From an uncultured virus (IMG/VR IMGVR_UViG_3300034062_002168) (Duplodnaviria; Heunggongvirae; Uroviricota; Caudoviricetes), in IMG/VR virus record IMGVR_UViG_3300034062_002168: a stretch of 64,000 nucleotides of DNA, one strand, 5' to 3'. Each line of letters opens with the position of its first letter. Position 1 is the first letter of the stretch. Positions 1 to 11,700 of this stretch are shown in pieces. Below the pieces are notes generated by a model that was given only the letters and a program-made list of their open reading frames with translations, searched no databases and was not told the origin of the DNA. The translations under genes and the position numbers were made by a program.

Positions 1-871
1 CACCATTTGGCTGATCAATCGTTGTTAAAGATACAGCCGCGCCTCCACTTCCATCGCTGTACTGTCCAATGGTCCTAGCCCTGACATTCAAGGCACCATC
101 CTTCCACCATACTGGATATCCTGCCCCGGATCCGGTAACCCTAATATCCCGACAAGCTACCGAAAGCCCTCCGCCTTCGTGATTGATGGGGTTGGAAGAG
201 AAGCCAGACGCAATACGTCCGATGTTAACGATGTCAAGGCATTGAACATTTACGGAAGACTTGGCGTTGGTCACCGATATGAGGTGAGAGATGAACGAAT
301 CGGTGGGGTCCGTTTCAAGTATACCAGATCCGGTGATGTTGAACGACATTGCCACGCCACCGTCCCCAAATAAATCTACGTCCGATGTGGCCTCGATTCG
401 GATCGTGACTCCGTTCTCAAGGTGCCAGTTGACTTGGTCCGCTGCTAGATTATCATCTACAGAGTAGGTGGCAGGGCGAACGTGGATCAAGTTCCCAGCA
501 TCAGCCGCATCCTTGGCCGCCGTCAGGGTCAGAAACGGCAAGTCCTGCCTGCCAACCACAGCCGTGTCGTCGTCACCGTTCACGGCATCCACCCAAATTG
601 TGTTTCCGGTAAGCACTCCATCGGTGGCCACCGGAAGGATCTCGTTGGGCTGGATGGCCGTCTCTGCCAACAGCCCCTGAGCAGCCGAAGCAAAGACACT
701 AGATGGATTCGATACACCAGTGCTAACAACAGGGCTACCGGTCAGGGTATCCACGATGTCGTTCAGGCAAACGTTGACCCGCGCTCCGGTGTTCTGTCCA
801 GCGCCATTGGTCGTTACGCTGGTGTCGATCGAGTCGTCCTTCAGCGCATTGATTGATCCAAGGTTCGCCAT
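1..871 (-). CDS. Tail spike/depolymerase-like beta-helix protein (partial, runs off window start)
   Basis: ATG at 871; hand translation gives IWVDAVNGDDDTAVVGRQDLPFLTLTAAKDAADAGNLIHVRPATY, typical of the start of a pectate-lyase-like right-handed beta-helix. Absent from the ORF track; I translated only the first half. Confidence 0.7.
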   Translation of the reverse strand, partial: MANLGSINALKDDSIDTSVTTNGAGQNTGARVNVCLNDIVDTLTGSPVVSTGVSNPSSVFASAAQGLLAETAIQPNEILPVATDGVLTGNTIWVDAVNGDDDTAVVGRQDLPFLTLTAAKDAADAGNLIHVRPATYSVDDNLAADQVNWHLENGVTIRIEATSDVDLFGDGGVAMSFNITGSGILETDPTDSFISHLISVTNAKSSVNVQCLDIVNIGRIASGFSSNPINHEGGGLSVACRDIRVTGSGAGYPVWWKDGALNVRARTIGQYSDGSGGAAVSLTTIDQPNG

Positions 872-872
872 A

Positions 873-2162
873 TTACACGTTGGTTACTACGAAGGTGTTG
901 GTTACGATCATTCGGTCACCGGCGATGTTCTTGCGGATTACGTACATCTGCGTTGCTCCTGCTGCAAGGGTTGCTGGCAGGGTCAGGGCCGGGTCGCGTG
1001 CCCATCGACCTGCGGCGTAGGTCAGGTTGATGGCAGATCCGTCAACGTTCTCGATCTGGACCATCCACTCTCCTGCTTCAGCGTATAAGGTGTCGTCCCA
1101 GTCGAATCCAACGGCCTTGTCTGCGGTGATGTAGTGTCCCTGATAGGCTAGGTCTATGGTGTATGTAACCGGAGCCGAAATGGTTGTTGGTCGCGGACTG
1201 AAACCGATCACTCGGTTCGTGACAAGCACCTCTCCAGTGATCGAGTTGCTGCCCGCGATCACCGTCTGGGTAATGGTGTTGGCAATGGTGATGGACTTCT
1301 GGAGGGTCCACGTCGATACGGTTGACTTGATGTAGTAGTCGATCTGGCTGACCAGATCAATGCGGATAGCCACCGTTCCGATGGGTCCTGCTGGCAGAAC
1401 CACGTTAGGATCTCCATTGACGAAGATGGTCTGGGTTCCCGCTGCTGGCGTCAGGTTGACCGTTGCCTGCCAGATACTGCCGATGCTGTCCCAAGAGTAT
1501 CCCGTCACAATGGTTGGCGTGGTCGGGCTATCCGTGAAGATCTTGAAAGTCTCGTTGGCGGCCGGAGCCGAGATGGGGACAGAGTTCACCACTCGGATCA
1601 CTCCAGCAGGGCCCGGGGTTCCGGGAGCTCCGGGCTGGCCGGGGGTTCCGACCACTCCGTCACGACCGGTTGGGGTTACCTGAGCTGCCGCTAAGTTTGT
1701 CGCTACCAAGGATAATGGCGCTGCGTTGCCCAGCCCACCATCGTTACGGACAATCAGAGTGGTGTACGGTGCTACCGGGGTGGAGGCTACGGTGTACTTA
1801 CCACCACCAGAAATGAAGATGGGCTCGTCAATGACAGCCCACTGGAACGAACCGCTGGTTTGGATGGGCACCGTAAACCCGACCTGTGGCTGGGTAAAGT
1901 TGTTCTGCAAGCTGGTAAAGGCTGGCAGACCATTGGTTCCCGGGGCTCCCGGAGTACCTACTCCGGGGTCGCCAGTGACCAGACCAAGATTGAGGGTAAG
2001 GTTTGGGCTGGTCCCGGTTACTTGCGCCGTGGCATCACTGCCCGGGGGTAGTGTGGTGACTGATGTGTTGAAGGTTGGGGCTGGTCCGCCCTCGCCCTGA
2101 AAGCCACGAGGACCACGGGGGATGGTCAGGGTGCAGTTGCAGTTGTCAGAGTTGGCGCACAT
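873..2162 (-). CDS. Collagen-like (Gly-X-Y) tail/fibre protein
   Basis: GPRGPRGFQGEGGP and GTPGQPGAPGTPGPAG repeats; likely start is M27 (2162), overlapping the upstream TAA. Confidence 0.75.
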   Translation of the reverse strand: MCANSDNCNCTLTIPRGPRGFQGEGGPAPTFNTSVTTLPPGSDATAQVTGTSPNLTLNLGLVTGDPGVGTPGAPGTNGLPAFTSLQNNFTQPQVGFTVPIQTSGSFQWAVIDEPIFISGGGKYTVASTPVAPYTTLIVRNDGGLGNAAPLSLVATNLAAAQVTPTGRDGVVGTPGQPGAPGTPGPAGVIRVVNSVPISAPAANETFKIFTDSPTTPTIVTGYSWDSIGSIWQATVNLTPAAGTQTIFVNGDPNVVLPAGPIGTVAIRIDLVSQIDYYIKSTVSTWTLQKSITIANTITQTVIAGSNSITGEVLVTNRVIGFSPRPTTISAPVTYTIDLAYQGHYITADKAVGFDWDDTLYAEAGEWMVQIENVDGSAINLTYAAGRWARDPALTLPATLAAGATQMYVIRKNIAGDRMIVTNTFVVTNV

Positions 2163-2722
2163 TAGCAGCAGTTCTTGGTCTTGGAGTAAAGGGAGTCGAT
2201 GAGGAACTGGGCCTTCTCTGCATCGCAGATGGCGCCACACTTGGCCACTATGAACTCGGCGTACAACTGGGCCTTATCCACGCAACCCTTCTTGCAGGGG
2301 CATGTGGGGTCGTAGTCCAGCATCTTGGCATCAACCTTGGCCTCGAGATCCTTGATGAAGATCACCTCAGTGTCCGAGATGTAGTTGGCCGGTGCAAGGA
2401 TGCCGGTGGCCTTGAAGTTGTAGATTCCGCTGACGATAGGATCAATTCCCAGCATGGCCTTGGTAATGGTCCATGTGTAGTAGTCGTCCGCGTCAGGAGT
2501 TGGCACCACCGTGAGCAGGCTGTACGTGTAGTCGGGGTCTCCGGTCAGGTCGCTGCCGGGAAACCAGACCTCAAGGGTGTAGGTGGTGAAGTCCGATGGG
2601 CCGTCCACGCCGTTCTCTGGGCCGTACCCCGTGAGATTATCCACAGAGTACAGGCCAGTGGTGTCGGTGAAGGTCAGACTGTCGCAGCCTTCGCAGACCC
2701 TTGAGGATAGTTCCAGTGCCAT
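2162..2722 (-). CDS. Hypothetical virion protein with Cys-rich C-terminus
   Basis: 186-aa ORF with a promoter box 7 nt upstream, in the structural block. Confidence 0.7.
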   Translation of the reverse strand: MALELSSRVCEGCDSLTFTDTTGLYSVDNLTGYGPENGVDGPSDFTTYTLEVWFPGSDLTGDPDYTYSLLTVVPTPDADDYYTWTITKAMLGIDPIVSGIYNFKATGILAPANYISDTEVIFIKDLEAKVDAKMLDYDPTCPCKKGCVDKAQLYAEFIVAKCGAICDAEKAQFLIDSLYSKTKNCC

Positions 2723-2729
2723 TTGGATC

Positions 2730-2737
2730 CAAAGGTA
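2730..2737 (-). promoter_or_regulatory. Bacteroidota-type -7 promoter box TACCTTTG
   Basis: Matches TAnnTTTG; lies just upstream of ATG 2722. Confidence 0.75.
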
Positions 2738-2773
2738 TGACCTAAGTCCTTGGCGTCCAACTGGTTATGTGGA

Positions 2774-5700
2774 TTACTCTGGTCGCCTAGGCACTCTTGC
2801 TGGCCTTTGCGTAGTACCGGTCGGTCTTGCCTTGGCCTTGGGCTTCTTCCCGTATACACTGATCCCTCCACCAAGCAGTCCGTAGAATGAAAGGAATCCT
2901 TCAAGCGCACCCGGATCCTCCTGCATCAAATCACCGACCGTACCAACGTAAAGTGGCATCAGACGCTCGTTGAACTCGTCCTTGAACACGTAAGGATCCT
3001 TGTCGTACTTACTGTATCGCTTACCGTCCTTTCCTATGGTGGTTCTGGCGGCTTCGACAAGGAACGATGCCGATGGGGATAGTTTATTCATGGCCATGGT
3101 CAGGCCAACATCGAACATCGTTGGGGTTCCGAACCCCTTCCCAAGTGGCATCGTTTTGTCTCCGCGCTTGTACGCGTCGATAGGCTTGTCCATGAAAAGA
3201 CTGATGCCTCCAATGGTCATCCTAGTCATGGCTACAGCCTGCTGCACCCGACCACCCCACGGGTCAATTCGAATATCTCCGAGTCGGATCTTCCCAAAGT
3301 CTGAGCTTCTTGGGTCCGTTTCAACATACGTTTCATCGTCGTCGTCTCCGGCAAGGGCGATAGCGGCCAGCGTAACAACACCCATCGTAGTGCCAATGAA
3401 CCTGCCCATATCAAGGACGGCCATCTTTCTGGCGGTTGGCGTCATCTTGCCGAAGTGATACAATCCGTATGGAGTTCCTGTCTTGATGGCCGACGCCCAC
3501 ATCCTTGGAGAGTAGAACATTCGGGTCAGACCCTTGGAGAATCCTTCTAGCGCCCCCAGTGATGCACGGCCCGTCAAAGTGTTCACCACGTCGGCCACGT
3601 CCTTGTAGTCCTGAGTGGTAACCTCCTTGCCATTGATGTCAGCCTTGCGGGCCTCCAGCATCTTCACTCCCTCTAGATATCGCTCGACTCGCAGCGTATC
3701 CAGATATGCGCTTGCGCCCCTCTCCAGCGCCCTGAATGGGTTGGCGGCCACCCACTTGTCGTGAGCCGCCCTGCTTTTCAACAAAAGCGGGGATCCGGCG
3801 ATAGCCCACGCGATACGCGTCCAGTCGGACATGAACAACTCCTCCCTTCCGGTAAGCTCTGCGTGCGGCTGTGTGATGGCCAGCTTTGCCTCCTTCGCCT
3901 GATCGTACCAAGGCTGGGCCTTGATCTTGCGGAGCCAATCCTCCGACTTCTTTTCGCTGTTCATGGCGGTGAACATATTCTTGAACGCACTAGCAACAAC
4001 ATCCGGCCTTCGCCACATATTGCTTACTGTCAGTGCGCCGCCCTGCAAGAGAACGAACGACAGATCAAGCGTTGACTGAACGGCACGCAGAACACCCCAA
4101 GCCTCCCATCCGGCATCGCCAAGGCGTTGGCTTGTGGTCCTGTTGCGCATCATCTCCTTGTAGAAGTCGGCATCGTACTGCTCCTTGATACGCTCCTTCT
4201 CTGCGCGAAGTATAGTTAGCTCGTCGTCTGCAATGGTCTTGCGAACGGGCTTCTTTGAGAAGTCCTGATCCGCGACCCTGCGCTCGAGTTCTGCAATGCG
4301 TTTTTTGGTAGCCTTCTTAGCCGCCTCGGTCCTCCTGCGATCAACAACGCCAGCCTCGTCCTGTAGCTTCTTGTAGTCGTCGCGTAACTTGCTCAGATTT
4401 TGCCGAGCTATCTTCAACTCTGGAGTTTCGCGTACCGGAGTTGGCTTCTTTGGATCCAGTTCGTTATCTGCGATCCTGCGCTCGTACTCGTCGATCGACC
4501 TACGGATAGAGTCGAGTGCGGACTTCACTCGCATCTCCTCGGTAACTACCCTTTTCCCGAACACGCGGTCGTGCTCCTCCTTGAGCATGTCGCGCTCCTT
4601 GATCAGTGCTGCCAGTTCGCTGTCAGGAACGATGCCGGACTGATTCCTTTCAGCACGCTCCTTGGTGTCAATCTCCCTTTGAAGATCCTCGATGCGGTTG
4701 CGGGCGCGGGTCTTGGCCGCTTCAAGTGCCGTCTTCAAGACACGATCGTTTTCTGCCTGATCCATGGGCAGGTCCCTCATCGCGTCACGCAGCTTGTTAT
4801 GAAGAGCACGCTGTTCTGCGTCCAGCTTGTCGCGCTGCAATCCACTGCGCATTGGACGCATCTTTTTCTCTATGTCCTCCAGAGCGGATGCTACACGACC
4901 AATATCCTTCATCCTGCGGATGGCGACAGATATTTCGTCCTTACTCATGTTCACCACCTTCCCGTATCCGGTGATGGCGTCACGTATCTCGCGGTCGGAA
5001 GCGTCAGGGTACCGGTCCTTGATCTGCTCCTTAATAACTGATACCAGCATGTCGATATCGCGGATTCCGGCAGCAACAGCGTTGCGGATCATGGCAACAG
5101 GAACCTTGACGCGTTCGTTTCCAAACCCCTCCGAAGCTCCCTTTACGGCATCCTCTAGCTGGCTCATTACGGCCATCTTGTTCCGGTCATCCAGAGATGA
5201 GAACCACTTCTGCTTGTTCAGCTTCTCCGCCATTGCGGTAACAGCATCGGCGACTTGTCCGGTCTTCTCGATGGCCTTCGCTCCAACCTCGATCAATTCG
5301 TTCCAGTCGAACGGCAGGGCAGACCCCAGCTTGGTGATGTTGATCGGATTGCCGTCGGCATCCAGAATAACGATAGGCTTTGTCTTCAGTGTTCTGAACT
5401 GGTCGGCCATACGCTTGGCCTGACTGGAGTACTTGCCGGACTTCTTTCGGTTGTTTTCACGAATCACCGACTCAGCTATGGACTGAATGGCCTCCTTGGC
5501 CTGAGCCTCCTCTTCACGCTTCTCTGCCGCGTCAATTTTCTTCTTGAGCTCGGCCAGCTTCTCGTCCCTCTTGCGCCAGCCGTCCATGATCTCCTTGGAT
5601 GGACGCTCTCCAAACTTGTCCTCCCATTCCTTGGCCTTCTTCTCGGAATGGTATCCAAGGTCAGAGTTCTTCAGGATGTCGCCCCATGCGGAGTTGAATC

Positions 5701-8700
5701 GACCGGCAGCAAGCTGCATGTCTCCGATCTCCTGAACCATCTCTGCCTGCTTTGCAACAAGCTCTTGGTGCGTAGTGGGGTCTGTGGACTCCGCTATCTC
5801 GTTGTCTAGTTGACGGAGAGCCTCGTCCCACACGAACGCCGCAGCACCACCCTCCATGTCCTTGTTCCTAACGGCATCCACGGCTGCGTCGATGCCGACC
5901 GATTCGATCAGCTTCTTGGCCTTCTCGCGTGCCTCTGCCCGACTTTCAACCTCCCTGAACAGGCCCAGCTTGCGGACTTCTTCGCGCACCTCGTCGCGGA
6001 AGGATCCTTCATAAACCCGCTGGCCAGCAAAAGTCTTCTTCACTCCTTCGCCAACGGGCTTCTGTGGTGCCTGTTTTGGTGGGGCGGCCTTGCGTGCAGC
6101 GGCGGCATCGCGAAGCTTGTCGAACTCGGCCATGACCTGATCCACCATGCGGTCGGCTCCCTTGGAGACCATGTACTCGCGGGCCTTGGCCTTGGTGTTG
6201 TATCCCTTCGCGATCAGTGCCTTGGCAATGTTTTCTGGTGATGCTCCCGAGAACTTGATGTTAGAAGAACCCTTGATTTCACTGACAAGCTCGGCAACGT
6301 CATTAGTGACAGTTGATTTTACGTTCAACTGGTCATCCATTCTAGCATAGGCCCAGACATACTCCTTTGGGAAGCCAGCAGAGTCCTCCTCATCGCTTAT
6401 GGCATCAGGATCTTCATACTTGGTCAACCCGTACACAACGCCATCCACATTGATCACCGAGTGCCAGTCAGACCATAGGTTAAAGGAGTTGCTGTCCGTC
6501 ACGCGCTTCGGCTTCTCTGTTGGCTTCGGAACTAGCTTTTCGGCCTCGTATAGGCTATACCCTTCGTAGTTGTCGTCTTCTGATGGATCGTAGTTGTCGC
6601 GATCCTCATTGGTCATGGCCTTGACCTTCTCCGCACCGGCCCTTACTTCGGCTGGGGTCTTCTTCGAGAACTTCGGACCACCAAACCCCTTCGCCTCCTT
6701 CGCGTTCTGCTTGTCACGATCAGCACGGGCCTTCGCCATCAGCTTCTCGTAGTACGGATCCACGGACTTGGTCAGGTCAACAACGCCCTCCTCCTCGTAC
6801 TTCTTGGTCAGCTTGGCGTCCGGGGCCAATGACTTGCCTGACTCTGCGCGAAGCGGGTACATCGACCAGCCAGCGATCATCATGTCGAAGCCAGCCTTCT
6901 CCGCCAGAGGCCCAATGAAGTCGGCCTGACGGACAGCGTCGAACGCCTGATCCTTGCCGAACTTCTTGCGGAAATTGGCCTCCGCCTTGTCGTACAGATC
7001 CAGTGGATCGGACATCAGCGGGTACACCTTCCACTTGGGTACCGGTACTGCGTAGGTCACGTCACCCTTGATCATCCGCTCACCTTGATCCGGCTTGGTG
7101 TAGTAGTTCATCACCGGGTTGCTCCGGTTGTCCTTGGTCTTTCCTGTGCCGAAGTAGGCTGGGTCGATCTTGCCACCCTTCAGCTTGGCTGGTCCCTTGT
7201 GGAAGAAGACGTAGTTGCCCTTGCCGTCGTCGGTTAGGTTATCTCGGTGCTCTTGCGGAACCCTGTTCTTGCCGGGCGTGGCTTTTGAGAACTTGGGCTT
7301 GTCGGCCTCGCTTACAGAGTCGTTGCGCCCATCCTCGCTGACCCACATTGGCATAAGCCCGATCTTCTGGTCGGCATATACGGTTTCGCCACTTTTTGCG
7401 GTCCTATTCTTCTCCCCGTATGGGCCGTAGTTGACCCAGCTATTCTGGCCACGAGTCAATGTGGTAAGTGCCCTCTGTGCTGGTGGCGTGAGCATGGAGG
7501 AGTGAGCCCTCCATGCGTTCTCCTCTCCATTGGCACGGAAGCCGACGCCCTCCTTTACGTGACCGAAGTAGTCATGAACCATTCGGAACAACTCCTGCTT
7601 TGTAAGCTCATGGTCTCCGGCAAACCTTCCGGTCTTCTGAAGGGGCTTCAGGTCCTTTACGCCGTCAAGGTCCATACGAACAACGTCCGGAGTTCCCATC
7701 GTACTCTTGTCCCACCCACTAGGAGCGTACTCGTCATTCCACTTGATCCTCTCTGTTTCCTTTGCTCCGCGCTTGGCATAGCTGCTTGCTAGGTACGTAT
7801 CGAACGCCCATAGGTGCGTGCCGCCAAGACCCTTCCCGATCTGCAACGCTTGGTCCATCATTCCGCTCGGACCACCGGCCGACTTGAATAGGCCAATAAG
7901 CTCACCGTCGTCCGCAATGCCGAACCCGGCCTTTCCGCCAGAGTACAGGAACAGCCTGCCCTTGAAGTCCTTTGGCAGGGAAGAAACTTGGCCCCTGTCC
8001 TTGGCGCCCATGGAGGCCCTAGCGGCCTCAAGAGCCTTTGAGAAGTCGGACGGAGTGGCCCTTACAAATGGGCCGTACCCACCATCGGACGGGTACACCC
8101 ATACGTGGTTATTGTCCCTAATATCCACCGTAGACCCCCATGGGTTGCCGTTGTACGGATCTGCGGACAGTGGATCCATGATCTCGACATCAAGACCTGT
8201 CTTTTCTATGATCTCATCATACTGTGCCAAGACCTCAGTATCCAAGGCATCGAAGTCAGCAGCCACCTCCGGATTCTCCGGATCGTGCTTCATCTTCTCG
8301 TACTCGTCGGCGATGCGCTTGGCGCGATCAGGGTCCACCTCGACGTAGTCGGATGGAGGGTTGTACGGAAGACCGGCCTTCTTCATGTAGGAGATGGCCA
8401 CGTCCTCTGCTGGCTTCCAGTGAGACGCCTCCATCTCCTTGCCTCCGACCTTGAATTTGCGAGGGAGTCCGTTCAGGCTTCCGTCCGGCTGTCGCTTGGA
8501 GAACTTTGGCTTGTCGGCCTCCTGTAGTTCGGACCCCATCCAGCCCGGGGTGGAGATACCGCCAAACAGATCAGATACTGCTGCGCGGGCGCCATCAGGA
8601 TCGCTGGGCATGGCCTTCCACACGTCACTCGCCGAGCTACCTGCGCCAGCTTTTTGCCCCTTCTCGAATAATCCGCGAACCGCCTCCCATGTAATGGACT

Positions 8701-11700
8701 GCATCTCTCTCGGGAGCAGACCCCTCTGCTTGGCAGCGATCTCGTAAGCGCGCTGGTAAATCGGATACAGCCCGGAGTGGCCCGAGGCGCTGTCCGATAG
8801 TCCGCCAAACCCAGCAGTGGTTATCGGGCTGCTACCAGACAGCGGCAGGAACATCGCCGCAGCCATGGCGTGGGTATCAATGGTGGTGAAGTCTGGAGAC
8901 GATGGATCGAATATGTTATTGTAGAAGCTCCTGACTTTGTGAGCTTCTCCGATCCCTCGACTCACGACATCGATGCTAGTACCGTTCTCTGCAATATCGA
9001 TTGCAGCGGCGATCGACTTGGCGTTCTGCCATGCGATCTTGGACGGAACGCCAACTGGATCTGGATTCTTCTTTGTCGGCTTCGGTGCCTTGTTTCTTTG
9101 AATGACGGTCTTTTCTCCTGTGGGGAGGTACTGGTTGAACGACGGGTCATTGTTGGCCTCGTCCCATATCCGCAAGAACCAAGCCTTGTCGTTGCCGCTC
9201 GTCAGGTCGCTGTAAACCTTGCCAGATATCCTAGGTATGGCAATATCCAGCTTCTCTACCGCAGACTCATAGCTCCGAAGCTCCTTGCGCTTCTTGTCGT
9301 TGTTGGGGTTTTTGGCCAGCGACTTTTTCGCCTTGCCTATCTTGTCAGTGTAGTCATCCTTGATCTTCTGGGCGCGATCGGACATCGCAGAATCCCACTT
9401 GTGGTCCCTATGATTGGTGACAAAGTCCAAAACCCTCTCGGCCAATGACATGTTGGTGAACCAGTCCTTCTGAGGAGACAACGCAGCTATCACACCGGCG
9501 GTCTGCGCTGGCGTTACGCCATACGTCTTGGCCCACTCGAGTGAGACCTTGTTCGCCCCAACGTACCACTCCTTGGCCAACTTCCTAACATCCTCTGGGA
9601 ACGAGTCATGCAAGTACAGGATATTGCCTACCATCCGGTCGATAGCCTTGGCGATCCTCGTCTTTGCCGACCCGCTGCCGATCCTCATGCCCGGATACTT
9701 TGCCAGCATGTCCGCCGCTTTGTTTAGCGCCTTGTCGGACATAGCGTCCATGTCCACCGCCGCCGGGTCTACCGCCGCCAAATTGTGGTCGTATGGTCGC
9801 GCCTTAGTGCCGGGCGTTCTTGCCGCAAGACGAGAAAACTTAGAACCAGCTCCTGTCCCACTGCCCCCAGCCTTCTTGCCAGTCTCAATCTTCCTCCCCG
9901 CCTTCATCGCGCTGGCGATCTGCTTGGCCGCAGCGATGAAGTCTCCGTCCTCCTTGAACTCCACCTTGGTTGATACCCCAAGAGCGGCCATGATCCGGTT
10001 GTACATGTCACGGATGAACTGGCGCATGGCGTTGTCCAGCTTGATGGTCCCGTTGTAGATGGAGGCAACGAACTCAGACATTACCTCCTCCGCAAGTCCT
10101 TCGTCTGCGATGGTTGCATCAATATCGACGGTGCCGTCCTCTTTCTTCTTTGCCCCTCCATAGTATCCCAAGAAGTCAATCAGCGCCTCCTTGGCCTTTG
10201 GCGATGACTCAAGAGCCTGCTTGGCCGAGCTAGAGATGATGGCCTTACCGTTCGGATTGCCAGATAGAAGGGCGTTGAAGATGATGGCGTGAGTGCCCTC
10301 GTGGGCTACAACACCACGGCGGAATCTGTCTCGGTTGATGTAGATCTTTCCATTACGGCCCATGAAGAATCCTCCGCTAAGGGATTGGGAGATATCTCCA
10401 CCGACTTTATCCACGGCTTCGGTGTATTCATCCTGATCCAGCCCGACCACTTCTGCCCCCGTAGCCTTGGACACCTTAGCCATCTCGGCGTCAATATCCT
10501 CGTCAGACACCACCTCCCTTGGAACGCCCATTGCCTCTTCAAGCAGGGCGTCCGGGTCGTCGGCAACCTCCTCGTCGATGGTTATCTCGGCGTCATCGTT
10601 GGGGTCAACGGGAGCCTGTTGGGGGGCCTGCTTCTGAGGGCCAGCCATCCGCTGCAACTCGGCCTCGATCTCCTTCTTGTTGTTCTCGTAGAACTGGACC
10701 GCCTCGGGAGAGTCCATCTTCTTCCCGGCGGCGATGTCGTCGGCGAACGACTTGACGGTCATCTGGCCTCCTGTCGATGCGGGTGCCTGAGGCTTCTTCC
10801 TGCCCTCTATGGCCTCAATCATTCGCAGCGCATGGTCCTCTGCCTCTTGCGCCGTAGCGAAGCCGTCCTTTGAGGCTCCCTTGTTGGCAAGGAACTTTCC
10901 GTCTCCTATCGATGGGGCTACGATTACACTATACCCATCTTTATGTTGTTCAATTAGAACTTGAACATTCTCTGATCTGTATTTACCTGTCTGCGGGTTC
11001 TTAGAAGCATCCGATTCTTCCCATTGAGTAATAAGATCACCGTTCCTATCTCTTCCTAACGAGACCTCGGCACCCCATGAGATCTTGGGCTTGGCGCTGT
11101 CTTGATCTTGCGTGGCCGTGGGGGCTACTCGTCCTTGGGGCTTGGTTTCTGTGGCTTGGGTACCTGAGACAGGAGCAGTCGCTCCCTTAGTGTTCGCCGC
11201 TTGGGCTGCTCCGACTCCTTCTGATTCATCGCGTAACTTTTGTTTATGGTTTTCAAGAAGTTCAATATCGGCACCAAGCTGCGCGGCATACGAGTCGATC
11301 TGATCCAAGGTCAAGAGACGATTCGGATCATTGCGCATAGACATCACGTCCTTGTACTTTTTGTACATCCATGATGAAGCGGCCTCAATGTCAACTGCCG
11401 ACACGGGGATGTTGTCCTCAACCCTTCCAAACGTAATGACAACGGACTCTGGCAGATCTTCCAGCGGGTCGAAATCCACCCCGAGCTCCTGACGCGCACG
11501 AAGAATTTCGTCACGAACCTCCGGGCTTACTGGAACAGGCGCCTGTGGTGGTGCCGGAGCTTCCGTCTTTACATCGCCTTCTTTGGCCGTTGGCTCCACG
11601 CCAGCCAGCTTCATCAACTTGGCATCAATGGCGGCTATCTTGTCGCCCACCAATGCCTTGTCCATCTTGGCCAGCTTGGCCTTCTGGGTCAGCAGGTCGA

